NCBI GenBank assembly: GCA_937997635.1
Contig: CALLFA010000053.1
Location: 25,181-89,180 of the forward strand
Length of the DNA: 64,000 nucleotides
Direction of reading: 5' to 3'
Source: an uncultured Saprospiraceae bacterium
GTDB taxonomy: Bacteria > Bacteroidota > Bacteroidia > Chitinophagales > Saprospiraceae
The position numbers and the translations under genes were made by a program. This document shows positions 9,826 to 19,481 of the stretch, in pieces. The notes beneath the pieces are model-generated. The model was not told the DNA's origin. It did no database searches and saw nothing but the letters and a program-made list of their open reading frames with translations. Each line of letters starts with the position of its first letter. The first letter of the stretch is position 1.

Positions 9826-11205
9826 ATGAATAAGTGGTTTTGTTTTTTAATACTTCTCTCTTTTCTATTTACTCAATGTAATGACACAACAATTGTTGGT
9901 TCAAGTATATTTGATGATGAAGAATTGAGTGTGACGAGCACGGATTCTTTAACTCTAATTGCGAGTACCTTTGCATTAGATTCAGTAAGAGTCTTTACGT
10001 TAGAAAATTCCAGTATCCAGACATTTCTAATTGGTGAATTAGAAGATCCGTTTTTAGGCACCATGACGTCTGCTTTAGTAACAGAAGTGCATTATCCAGT
10101 AGATTTACTTTCGGGGTTGATTTCAGTGCCGGATTATCAAGAAGATGACGTTCTTGACTCAATGGTTATTGCTTTGCAAGTTATTCCAGATAGATTTTAC
10201 GGTGATATAGAGTCTACATTTGATATTCAGGTTTTTCAATTGACAGAAAGTATAAATCAAGAACGTCGAATTTCTACAAATGATGAATTTAGCTTTAACC
10301 CAGAGCCAATAGCTGAATTGAATGATGTTAGAATAGCACAGGATTCTGTTGTTGTGTTTTTACCATCAGAAGGTACATCCACACGTGAATCCGCGCAATT
10401 GAGAATACCCTTAGGAGAAGAAATTGCCAACCAACTATTTAACGAATTAGGCGATTTTGCGAGGAATCCAGAATTTGTTGCTGCTTTCCCTGGAATACGA
10501 ATTGAAGCGACTCCAACATCAGGTAATTCCATGTTTGCTGCCAGTATTGCTAATAATCAATTCAATAGCACAATCCAGACATTCTACAAAAGAGACGGTA
10601 TTGCTTTGTTATATGAATATGCCCTAAATGATTTGACAGTTGGGGTTCCTTTAGGTCGTAAATTTAGTGATTTCGAAAGAGACTTTGACAGCAGTCCAAT
10701 AAGTCAATTTCTTGATGACACAGCTGCAGGAGATAGCCTCTTATTCATACAAGGTATGCTGGGCACATCAATAGAACTAGATATGTCTTCATTGCTTGAA
10801 CTAGAAGATGTCTTGATAAATTTAGCAACTCTAGAATTGACCGTTGCTCAACTACCAGGAGAAGACTTCTCTGTCACGCCTCCAATAGAAGCACTGGTGA
10901 TATCTACTTTAGGTGAAAATGGAGAATTTGTCTTATTATCAGAAATTACTGAAGGGTTACTCTTTGATCAATTGGCTCTCCGTTTTGGTGGCGAACTTGA
11001 AGAAGTCACAGATGGCAACGCGACGGTTTTTAGGTATACCATGAACATCACAAGGTCCCTTATTGAGATTTTTAATGGAGACTTACCTTCTACTATTTTT
11101 ATCACACCTCTATCGACAGCTGAGGAAGCAGGTAGGACAATCGTGTATGGCCCTGGACATTCAAGATTTCCTCTAAAGCTCCAATTGTCATTGACATCGC
11201 TTTAA
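9826..11205 (+). CDS. DUF4270-like lipoprotein
   Basis: It has a signal peptide with a lipobox-like Cys (LSFLFTQCN). It occupies the position between the glgA-like gene and glmS that DUF4270 occupies in the conserved Bacteroidota synteny. Confidence 0.5.
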   Translation: MNKWFCFLILLSFLFTQCNDTTIVGSSIFDDEELSVTSTDSLTLIASTFALDSVRVFTLENSSIQTFLIGELEDPFLGTMTSALVTEVHYPVDLLSGLISVPDYQEDDVLDSMVIALQVIPDRFYGDIESTFDIQVFQLTESINQERRISTNDEFSFNPEPIAELNDVRIAQDSVVVFLPSEGTSTRESAQLRIPLGEEIANQLFNELGDFARNPEFVAAFPGIRIEATPTSGNSMFAASIANNQFNSTIQTFYKRDGIALLYEYALNDLTVGVPLGRKFSDFERDFDSSPISQFLDDTAAGDSLLFIQGMLGTSIELDMSSLLELEDVLINLATLELTVAQLPGEDFSVTPPIEALVISTLGENGEFVLLSEITEGLLFDQLALRFGGELEEVTDGNATVFRYTMNITRSLIEIFNGDLPSTIFITPLSTAEEAGRTIVYGPGHSRFPLKLQLSLTSL

Positions 11206-11290
11206 GGATCTGAAAAGCAACAAACAAAAGCGGAAGCCGTATATTATTCAATAAATTGCATTAAATAGGCTATAAATGTGAAAGTTGTAG

Positions 11291-11485
<195 letters not shown>

Positions 11486-11492
11486 AGTTTAT

Positions 11493-12158
11493 ATGATGAG
11501 TGAGACACACGAAATGGAATACAATTCCCAGCAAGCGAAATTAAAAATATCTGAATACGGACGTAATATTCAGAACATGATCAACTACGCCAAAACAGTT
11601 GAAGACCAAGAAAAAAGACAGCGAATCGTAGAAGGTATTATTCAATTGATGATGCAGATATCCCCACAAACAAAAAATGTAGCTGAATACAAACAAAAAC
11701 TGTGGAATCACTTACTCTACATCGCAGACTATGATCTTGAAGTAGAATTACCTGAAGGTGTCATCATCAGTAAAGAGACAGTCAACATTAAGCCTGATCC
11801 GCTGACTTATCCAGAAAATAAATCACGCTACAGACACTATGGCAGCATAGTCCAGACATTGATTATGAAAGCTGTAGAAATGGAAGACCTTGAAATGAAA
11901 AAAGAATTTACTCAGGTCATTGCCTCTTACATGAAACTTGCATTCCGTACATGGAATCACGAAGCAAATATCAACGATAACGTCATCAAAGCAGATCTTA
12001 AAGAGATTTCTGATGGCCAACTTATCATGGACCCAGAAGAACCAATCAACTATCTGGCTTCTTCCTATGTCAAACCTAAACGCCCTCAAAATACCAAAGG
12101 TCGATCAAGTAAGGGCAAAAAGAAGAGCAACAATAACAACAGAAAAAGAAGAAGATAA
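11493..12158 (+). CDS. DUF4290-like protein
   Basis: 221 aa with a basic K/R/N-rich tail. It sits directly upstream of murA, as is usual in Bacteroidota. Confidence 0.55.
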   Translation: MMSETHEMEYNSQQAKLKISEYGRNIQNMINYAKTVEDQEKRQRIVEGIIQLMMQISPQTKNVAEYKQKLWNHLLYIADYDLEVELPEGVIISKETVNIKPDPLTYPENKSRYRHYGSIVQTLIMKAVEMEDLEMKKEFTQVIASYMKLAFRTWNHEANINDNVIKADLKEISDGQLIMDPEEPINYLASSYVKPKRPQNTKGRSSKGKKKSNNNNRKRRR

Positions 12159-12385
12159 CTACCAATCATATTCTCACTAAAGGCGTTCTTTTACTTGGCC
12201 AAACAACACGTTTGGTAGTTTCCCGCCTCATGGAGCAAGATAAGACTTGACATTGTTACAGATTAACCTAGTTATGAGATAGAATACCTATCCTATAATT
12301 CAGGTTATTATTTTAAAACATTATTAAAAATTGTAATATGTTTGTCGATCCAATTACCTTCGTTCCTACGATTAAAACTCAGCAT

Positions 12386-13699
12386 ATGTCAAATGCATTT
12401 AAAGTTCAGGGTGGTAAAAAGCTATCAGGACAAATTATACCTCAAGGTGCTAAAAATGAAGCCTTACAAGTCTTATGTGCTGTTCTTCTCACTAATAAAG
12501 AAGTCACCATAAGCAATCTACCCAATATTCTTGATGTACAGCGACTGATTACACTTATTGATGGACTAGGTGTGGATGTAAAAAAAGTGGACGATCACGA
12601 ATATGTCTTTAAAGCAGAAAATGTAGACCTCGACTATTTTGCTTCAGAAGAATACCAAACGAACGCTAAAAAAATACGTGGTTCAGTTATGTTGATGGGA
12701 CCACTACTTGCAAGATTTAAAAAAGCATTCCTACCAAAACCCGGGGGAGACAAAATTGGAAGGAGAAATCTGGACACCCATTTTCATGGATTCACAAAAC
12801 TTGGTGCAAAGTTTATCTATGATGAAGCCGAAGATAAATACTTACTTGAAGGTTCTGAATTGAAAGGCAAATACATCCTTATGGATGAAATCTCAGTAAC
12901 AGGATCTGCCAATCTTGTCATGGCAGCTGTCTTAGCGGAAGGACAAACAGAAATATATAATGCTGCATGCGAACCATATGTCCAACAACTCTGCAAAATG
13001 CTCAATCAAATGGGAGCAGACATTAGCGGTATTGGATCTAACCGATTGATCATCAATGGCGTCACTTCACTTGGAGGGACAACGCACAAAGTAGCACCAG
13101 ATATGATAGAGATTGGCAGTTTCATCGGACTGGCTGCGATGACTCAATCCGACATTACCATCAAAGGTGCATACGATGCGGACCTAGGCATCATCCCAAG
13201 AACATTCGAAAAAATTGGCGTCAAGCTTGAGCGAAAAGGTACAGACTTAATCATACCAGAGCAAGACAGATATGAGATAAGTTCGTTCATTGATGGTTCT
13301 ATATTAACGGTATACGATTCACCATGGCCGGGTTTCACACCTGACTTGATGAGTATCCTCTTAGTGATGGCTACACAAGCAAAAGGAAGTGTCTTGATCC
13401 ACCAGAAAATGTTTGAAAGCCGACTTTTCTTTGTTGATAAGCTGATAGACATGGGAGCTAAAATCATTTTGTGTGATCCACACAGAGCGACTGTTATCGG
13501 TCTCAATAGAGAAGCTCGATTGAGAGGCATCACGATGAGTTCGCCTGACATCAGGGCAGGAGTTGCGTTATTAATTGCAGCCTTATCGGCCAAAGGGGAA
13601 AGCACCATTTTGAACATCCAACAAATTGACAGAGGCTACGAAGCCATTGATACTAGACTTAATGCTATTGGTGCGCAGATAGATCGGGTGGAGGTATAA
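12386..13699 (+). CDS. murA: UDP-N-acetylglucosamine 1-carboxyvinyltransferase
   Basis: I chose the start MSNAFKVQGGKKLSG. The protein resembles MurA along its full length. The active-site loop is KPGGDKIGRRNLD. Confidence 0.95.
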   Translation: MSNAFKVQGGKKLSGQIIPQGAKNEALQVLCAVLLTNKEVTISNLPNILDVQRLITLIDGLGVDVKKVDDHEYVFKAENVDLDYFASEEYQTNAKKIRGSVMLMGPLLARFKKAFLPKPGGDKIGRRNLDTHFHGFTKLGAKFIYDEAEDKYLLEGSELKGKYILMDEISVTGSANLVMAAVLAEGQTEIYNAACEPYVQQLCKMLNQMGADISGIGSNRLIINGVTSLGGTTHKVAPDMIEIGSFIGLAAMTQSDITIKGAYDADLGIIPRTFEKIGVKLERKGTDLIIPEQDRYEISSFIDGSILTVYDSPWPGFTPDLMSILLVMATQAKGSVLIHQKMFESRLFFVDKLIDMGAKIILCDPHRATVIGLNREARLRGITMSSPDIRAGVALLIAALSAKGESTILNIQQIDRGYEAIDTRLNAIGAQIDRVEV

Positions 13700-14048
13700 T
13701 TGGCTTCTTATGTTGATGGTTTTACTTTAGATGCATCTACCACCACTCACCATTTTATCACCAACTGTTTATTTACTTTTTTGTTTTGATAAAAACGACG
13801 ACATAGTAGGAAATGCTCCTGCATCTACATTGGAGTCAGCACAATTTCCTGGAGAGTTCGTAACGAGTGATTCCACGCGTATACACTATATTAATGGATT
13901 GAACCCTTATATCAAACCATACATTTTAATTATTATGGAATTTACTCACCATTCTATACCAGTAACATTTCGTGGGTAATGTGTAGTCTTTTTGTTGTTA
14001 TAAAAGAAAGCAAATAATTCTAATTTACTGTAATTTTATTTTTAATCA

Positions 14049-15371
14049 GTGAATCGTCCAGCAGATAACATACCCTCCAATTCGGATAATGTATTTCTAG
14101 ACATAGAAAATTACAGGGTAAAAATATATAAGTGGGATAAGTACATTGCATCTTGTTTGCCGCTATTCATCTTGACACTACTTGCTTATACCATAGATGA
14201 AGATCCACTTATTCTTGTCGTAGGATTTAGTAATCTAATTTTGATCATCGTAAGTACTGCTAAGATTTCATCACATAGTTTTAGCCTCGCTAAGTTTATA
14301 CATTTTTTATCTGCATTTAGTGTCATAGTAATCGTTTCTATTATTTTTCCTTTTATCAGGAATGAATATTTGTTGATGCCATTAACTGGACTTACTGTAT
14401 TTACAACGTATCCATTTCAAAAACAAAAATGGAATTACATTATCGGGGGTCTATGTATGGTTACAGCAGTTTTGTTATTTTTTGTAGAGCAATCTCAAAC
14501 ATCTAAATATCCAGAGTTTGATTTTTTTAATCAGATTTTTGCACTTGTTATTTTATACATTATAATTGTTGAAATAGTTATGACGGCATTAGTCGGCAAT
14601 AAATACATTGATATTATAAATAGAAACACTAAAAGCTTAACCGCCCAAAAATTAGAATTGGAAAAATATATTGAGAGCAATCTGCAACTAGAGAACTTTG
14701 CACATTTAGCATCTCATGATTTAAAAACACCTTTAGCTAATGTGATTCGTTTTTCACAATTATTAGAATTAAAAACAAAGGATAAATTAACTGATAGGGA
14801 AAAACAACTTTTCCGATTTATTATAGACGGATCTAATCGCATGAGTGAGACCATAGATTCGTTATTTCAATTTTCGAAAGCAACTAATAAAAAGCTTGAA
14901 TATTCTAAATTCTCAATGGCCAGATTAATCAGTGATTTAAAATCTGACATTAAGGTCAATATTGATGATTCAAATGCAATAATTGATTACAAGCAAGATG
15001 ATATATTGTTAACTGGAGATAAAATTCTCATCAAACAACTCATGCATAATTTAATTTTAAATGGGCTTAAATTTAAGAAAGATGACGTATCTCCTCGAAT
15101 AAATATTGAGGTCAAAAATCAAAAATTGAACTGGTTGATTGAGGTTTCTGATAATGGTATTGGAATAGAGGAAGACTACAGAGAAAATATATTTTTATTA
15201 TTTAAACGTCTTCATGATAACTCAGCTTTCGAAGGAACTGGAGTTGGCCTTGCTATTTGCAAGAAAATAGTAGAGCAACATGGTGGAAAAATTGGGGTAG
15301 AAAGCCAGATAGGAGTTGGTAGTACTTTCTATTTTACCATTCCTAAAAAACTGCTTGGTTTAGCGGCATAA
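14049..15371 (+). CDS. Membrane sensor histidine kinase with no adjacent response regulator
   Basis: It has N-terminal TM helices, an H-box (FAHLASHDLKTPL), and N/G boxes (NLILNGLKF, DNGIGI, GTGVGLAICKKIVEQHGG). The start codon is GTG. Confidence 0.9.
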   Translation: MNRPADNIPSNSDNVFLDIENYRVKIYKWDKYIASCLPLFILTLLAYTIDEDPLILVVGFSNLILIIVSTAKISSHSFSLAKFIHFLSAFSVIVIVSIIFPFIRNEYLLMPLTGLTVFTTYPFQKQKWNYIIGGLCMVTAVLLFFVEQSQTSKYPEFDFFNQIFALVILYIIIVEIVMTALVGNKYIDIINRNTKSLTAQKLELEKYIESNLQLENFAHLASHDLKTPLANVIRFSQLLELKTKDKLTDREKQLFRFIIDGSNRMSETIDSLFQFSKATNKKLEYSKFSMARLISDLKSDIKVNIDDSNAIIDYKQDDILLTGDKILIKQLMHNLILNGLKFKKDDVSPRINIEVKNQKLNWLIEVSDNGIGIEEDYRENIFLLFKRLHDNSAFEGTGVGLAICKKIVEQHGGKIGVESQIGVGSTFYFTIPKKLLGLAA

Positions 15372-15513
15372 TTATCGCAGGAAGTAGCCGTTTTAATAGC
15401 TTTAAAATATTTTCTAAATCTCGGCCGAATTTTGCAGTAAATAGAAAACATGTTTTCATATTTGCAGTTGTATAACGTTTGATAAAAACGAACTCGAAAT
15501 AGCACGCTTGTAC

Positions 15514-16653
15514 ATGGCAAATACTCAAGACTCCAATCAAAATAATTCCCTAAAAGAGATTGCACAACTCTTTTTTAAACTAGGTCTCATAGCTTTTGGA
15601 GGTCCAGCATCTCACGTCGCCATGATGGAAGACGAAGTGGTCAAAAAGAGAAAATGGATGACTCAAGAACATTTCCTTGACCTAATGGGTGCGACAAATC
15701 TTATCCCTGGCCCAAACTCCACAGAAATGACCATGCACTGTGGTCACGAGAGAGGTGGCTGGAAAGGACTTTTTATCGCTGGTATTTGTTTCATCTTTCC
15801 GGCTGTTGTCATCACGTGTATTTTTGCTTGGGCATTTGTAAAGTATGGTCAACTCCCTGCTGTGGAGCCATTCATCTATGGCATCAAACCAGCTGTTATT
15901 GCCATCATCATTAGTGCAGCATACAGACTTGGTAAGAAGGCCATCAAAAACAATATGCTTGCGGTATTGGGGATCTTGACTCTAATCGCATGTCTATTTG
16001 GAGTCAACGAAATAGCAGCTCTATTTGCTTGTGGCTTTCTAGGACTTCTTATTCACTTTGCCAAAAGCAGCATGGCATCTGCCAATAGTGTTGCACCTTT
16101 ATTACTGCCTTTGTTTTTCGCCAAAATCAATATCGGAAGTTTAAAAATTCTACTGACATTTTTGAAAGTTGGAGCGATTCTATATGGCAGCGGATATGTG
16201 TTGTTTGCTTATTTGGATACAGAATTAGTTTCTAACGGTTGGCTGACAAGACAAGAGTTATTGGATGCCGTCGCGGTAGGGCAATTTACGCCTGGACCAG
16301 TGCTTTCAACAGCAACCTTTATCGGGTATCAGATGAACGGCATTTATGGAGCGCTTGCAGCCACAGTAGGTATATTCTTACCTTCATTCTTGTTTGTGTT
16401 GTTATTGAATCCGCTCATTCCAAAAATGAGACAATCAAAATGGATCAGTGCCTTTTTGGATGCTGTTAATGTTGCAGCCGTTGCACTTATCGTTGCGGTT
16501 TGTATTGAAATGGGAAAAGAAACGCTAACCGATTGGAAGACAATTGCGATAGCTGTTGCCAGCTTGATTGTAGTTTTCGGTTTCAAAAAACTCAATAGTG
16601 CATATATTGTTCTTGGCGGAGCAATTTTGGGATTTTTATTGTCGCTGATTTAA
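15514..16653 (+). CDS. chrA: Chromate transporter, ChrA family
   Basis: The motif FKLGLIAFGGPASHVAMMEDEVVKKRKWMT is present, along with a second CHR half (GQFTPGPVLSTATFIGY). I preferred the ATG at 15514 over the TTG at 15508. Confidence 0.9.
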   Translation: MANTQDSNQNNSLKEIAQLFFKLGLIAFGGPASHVAMMEDEVVKKRKWMTQEHFLDLMGATNLIPGPNSTEMTMHCGHERGGWKGLFIAGICFIFPAVVITCIFAWAFVKYGQLPAVEPFIYGIKPAVIAIIISAAYRLGKKAIKNNMLAVLGILTLIACLFGVNEIAALFACGFLGLLIHFAKSSMASANSVAPLLLPLFFAKINIGSLKILLTFLKVGAILYGSGYVLFAYLDTELVSNGWLTRQELLDAVAVGQFTPGPVLSTATFIGYQMNGIYGALAATVGIFLPSFLFVLLLNPLIPKMRQSKWISAFLDAVNVAAVALIVAVCIEMGKETLTDWKTIAIAVASLIVVFGFKKLNSAYIVLGGAILGFLLSLI

Positions 16654-16655
16654 TT

Positions 16656-17366
16656 CTAATTCCTGACACTCCAGATTTCATGAATCGGCTGACCCTTACT
16701 CGATAAACCAGAGTGATGCCAATGACCATCAATTAACTCATAATTAAAGTTAAGACTTACGCCAACTCTGGAATCGTCTCTCGAAAAGAATTTTATGTTT
16801 TCAATGTATTCTCCGTCTACAGTCGTATACGTGCCTCCACCTGTACCTTTGAATTCTTTTGTTTCAGTATTGTAGGCAATCCATTGGAATCGTGTTCCAG
16901 ATAATATCTTCATTGTCTTTCTCGGTCGGCTTGTATCCCTTGTTTGGGTCTCACCATCACGGACTCTTCCAGACATTAGCCAAGCGCCTTGCAGTTTGCC
17001 TGGTGCTCCATCATCAATTCTTGTCATCTCCATATCATGCCCTACAATACCCATTGTCTTATCATTTATATGGACCTTAAAGCTAACTTCAGTCCCGACA
17101 CGATCTGGCTTCTCTGTATCAAATTCTACCTTTTCTGTCATTGTATCTCCGTCCAGTTTCCAAGTGCCACCATTCGTACTTATAAATTTTCCAGTGGTTG
17201 CATCATAATTTGTCAGCACTTGATAGCTATCTGAAAAGATAACCACACTTTTGATTTTGTCACCATCATCCGTTGTGTGAAGTCCTTCCCATGCTCCAAT
17301 AAAGCTTTGGCTTGTCCCTGAAATAATGAACAACATGCTTATGAAAAGGAGAATCATGGATTTCAT
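16656..17366 (-). CDS. Secreted protein with an internal lipocalin-like domain duplication
   Basis: It has a signal peptide and two homologous halves (GAWEG...GGTWKLDGDT... and GAWLMSG...GGGTYTTVDGEY...). Confidence 0.5.
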   Translation of the reverse strand: MKSMILLFISMLFIISGTSQSFIGAWEGLHTTDDGDKIKSVVIFSDSYQVLTNYDATTGKFISTNGGTWKLDGDTMTEKVEFDTEKPDRVGTEVSFKVHINDKTMGIVGHDMEMTRIDDGAPGKLQGAWLMSGRVRDGETQTRDTSRPRKTMKILSGTRFQWIAYNTETKEFKGTGGGTYTTVDGEYIENIKFFSRDDSRVGVSLNFNYELIDGHWHHSGLSSKGQPIHEIWSVRN

Positions 17367-17491
17367 TTGTACCGTATTTGTTGATTGAAAATAGCTAAAA
17401 TAGTGGGCTGTTCGCTTTTAACTGCTAGCTTATTTTTTCATCTTTTTTGTTAAAACTTTGCATACCTATTTCATCATTCAATTATTTCTGT

Positions 17492-17499
17492 TAGATTTG
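17492..17499 (+). promoter_or_regulatory. Bacteroidota -7 promoter motif TAnnTTTG upstream of dinB
   Basis: tagatttg lies 60 nt upstream of the ATG at 17559. Confidence 0.3.
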
Positions 17500-17558
17500 T
17501 TGGCTTTTCCGTCAAGGAAGAGACGACTATTTCGACACACTAAAAACAGTAGTTATTC

Positions 17559-18701
17559 ATGTTCGACCGCGCTGTCTTACATCTAGACCTCGACTGCTTT
17601 TTCGTATCAGTTGAGTGTCTTAAAAATTCTTCCTTTAAAGGAAAACCGCTGATCATCGGCGGGACCAGTCGGCGTGGCGTCGTAGCTTCTTGCAGTTATG
17701 AAGCAAGACGATTTGGTGTACATTCTGCGATGCCCATGAAGATGGCATTGCGTCTGTGTCCTGATGCGTTAGTCATTAAAGGTGATGGCGATAGCTACTC
17801 TTATTATTCAAAACTCGTTACCGAAATCATTGCGGACGATGCCCCTCTCTTAGAGAAAGCATCCATCGACGAGTTCTATATTGACCTTACGGGAATGGAC
17901 CGCTACTTCGGTTGTCTGTCTTGGTCTAAAGAACTTCGTTACCGCGTCATTAAAGAATCCGGATTGCCAATATCCTTTGGTCTATCCGTCAACAAGCTGG
18001 TCTCAAAAGTGGGCGCCGGCGAAGGCAAACCAAATGGTGAAACAGAAGTGCCCCGCGGCACGGAAAAAGCATTTCTGTCACCTTTGCCTGTTCGTAAAAT
18101 TCCTGGCGTCGGCAAAGAAACCAACAAGAAGCTCAGTTTCATGGGCGTGCGCCAAGTCAAAACACTCAGCCAAATTCCTGTCCGCCTACTCGAGCGCGAA
18201 TTCGGTAAATTCGGCCGCAACCTCTGGGAAAAAGCCAATGCCATAGACAGCACTCCTGTCATCCCCTATAGCGAAAAAAAATCCATCTCCAAAGAGCGCA
18301 CCTTCATGGAAGACACGCTCGACCTACAGATGATCAGACATAAATTAATGGGCCTCGTAGACAAACTCGCCTACGAACTCCGTAACACGTATAAACTAAC
18401 ATCCTGCGTCACCGTAAAAATCAGATACGCCGATTTTAATACCTATACCAAGCAACGCCGCATTGCCTATACAGCAAACGACAGACAATTAATCTGCCAC
18501 ACCCACGAGTTGTTTGACAGCCTCTACGACAGACGCCAACTCATCCGGTTGATCGGCGTAAAGTTTAGCGGACTCGTGCCTGGCCATTACCAAATCAGCT
18601 TATTTGATGACAGTATGAAAGCGATTAGTTTGTTGGAGCAGCGGGATCGGATTCGGAAGCGGTTTGGGGAAGACTCTATTGGATTTGCAGCAGCTATTTA
18701 G
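17559..18701 (+). CDS. dinB: Y-family DNA polymerase IV, apparently catalytically competent
   Basis: The N-terminus is VLHLDLDCFFVSVE. SIDEFYIDLTG provides the catalytic D/E residues, and the KPNG motif is present. 380 aa. Confidence 0.9.
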   Translation: MFDRAVLHLDLDCFFVSVECLKNSSFKGKPLIIGGTSRRGVVASCSYEARRFGVHSAMPMKMALRLCPDALVIKGDGDSYSYYSKLVTEIIADDAPLLEKASIDEFYIDLTGMDRYFGCLSWSKELRYRVIKESGLPISFGLSVNKLVSKVGAGEGKPNGETEVPRGTEKAFLSPLPVRKIPGVGKETNKKLSFMGVRQVKTLSQIPVRLLEREFGKFGRNLWEKANAIDSTPVIPYSEKKSISKERTFMEDTLDLQMIRHKLMGLVDKLAYELRNTYKLTSCVTVKIRYADFNTYTKQRRIAYTANDRQLICHTHELFDSLYDRRQLIRLIGVKFSGLVPGHYQISLFDDSMKAISLLEQRDRIRKRFGEDSIGFAAAI

Positions 18702-18710
18702 CTGCTGCAA

Positions 18711-18824
18711 AAGTGATGAATCCCGCGCGTGCCGCGGGAAGTGATGAAACCTGCGTAGCCGCAGGAAGTGATGAGTCCCGCGCATGCGGCGGGAAATGAT
18801 GGGCCCGCCTGGCGGCGAGGCGGG
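18711..18824 (+). repeat. Array of four tandem 27-31 nt units, each a conserved head (AAGTGATGAA-like) plus a GC-rich hairpin
   Basis: The units are aagtgatgaatCCCGCGcgtgcCGCGGG, aagtgatgaaaCCTGCGtagcCGCAGG, aagtgatgagtCCCGCgcatgcgGCGGG and aaatgatgggCCCGCCtggcGGCGaGGcggg. The array starts 10 nt after the dinB stop codon. Confidence 0.85.
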
Positions 18825-18912
18825 TGTGTATGGGGAGTGTGCTTGCCTGTCGACAAGACACTTAGAGGGTGAGCTACGGCAGCAAATTTTTTATAATTAG
18901 AAAACTATACAA

Positions 18913-19266
18913 ATGAAAAAGAGAATAATTGAAGAGAAAAGTTTTGATTTTGCGCTTGCGATTATTGAGTTGTATAAAACATTAAGTGCGCAAAACGAAT
19001 ATGTATTTGCCAAGCAAATTTTAAGATCGGGTACGAGTATTGGCGCTAATGTGCAAGAAGCTCAGGCGGCACAAAGTAAGAAAGACTTTATTGCTAAAAT
19101 GTCAATCTCATTAAAAGAAGCAAGGGAGACTTTGTACTGGTTAAGGCTCCTAGAAACAAGCCGTTTGATCAACTTTGACTTCACCAAACTAAAGGCAGAA
19201 ATACACGACATTATCCGCATTCTAACAGCCATTATCAAAACCGCACAAAAGAATCAACAAAGTTAA
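18913..19266 (+). CDS. Four-helix-bundle protein (23S rRNA intervening-sequence protein / Avd family)
   Basis: 117 aa. The sequence FDFALAIIELYKTL...ILRSGTSIGANVQEAQAAQSKKDFIAKMSISLKEARETLYWLRLL carries the family signature. Confidence 0.85.
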   Translation: MKKRIIEEKSFDFALAIIELYKTLSAQNEYVFAKQILRSGTSIGANVQEAQAAQSKKDFIAKMSISLKEARETLYWLRLLETSRLINFDFTKLKAEIHDIIRILTAIIKTAQKNQQS

Positions 19267-19294
19267 TCAGTGTGAAGAAGCCTAAGCCACATCT

Positions 19295-19451
19295 GCCTCG
19301 CCGCCAGGCGGACACATCACCTTTGCCGAACTGGCCTCACCGCCAGGCGGGCCCACCACTTCCCGCGGCACGCGCGGGATTCATAACTTCCCGCGGCATA
19401 CGCGGGATTCATCACTCAACACTTCCCGCGGCAACGCGGGTTTCATCACTT
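19295..19451 (-). repeat. Array of five hairpin units of the same family, inverted relative to 18711..18824
   Basis: The reverse complement reads aagtgatgaaaCCCGCGttgcCGCGGG, ...agtgatgaatCCCGCGtatgcCGCGGG, aagttatgaatCCCGCGcgtgcCGCGGG, aagtggtgggCCCGCCtggcGGtGaGG and ggtgatgtgtCCGCCtggcGGCGaGG. Confidence 0.85.
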
Positions 19452-19481
19452 TATTCAAATACATATCATGTATTTGAATAA
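19451..19481 (+). promoter_or_regulatory. Perfect 14-bp inverted repeat (3-nt spacer) that includes the dnaE2 start codon
   Basis: The sequence is ttattcaaatacat-atc-ATGtatttgaataa. The right arm begins with the ATG at 19468. It is a candidate operator or a hairpin that sequesters the start codon. Confidence 0.4.

Noticed and set aside
13731-13979. 82-aa ORF between murA and the histidine kinase gene.
   Set aside because: No recognisable motif is present, and the ORF lies in the probable promoter region of the kinase gene. The support is too weak to report.
17559-18701. The Y-family gene as a catalytically dead ImuB of an imuA-imuB-dnaE2 cassette.
   Set aside because: The catalytic acidic residues are present (LDLDCFF, SIDEFY), the length is DinB-like, and no ImuA/RecA-like gene is adjacent. 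I therefore call it DinB-type.
18711-19451. The GC-rich 27-31 nt repeat arrays could be a CRISPR array.
   Set aside because: The units are directly adjacent, with no unique spacers between them. The two arrays are inverted around a gene. The units are degenerate. No cas genes occur in the window.
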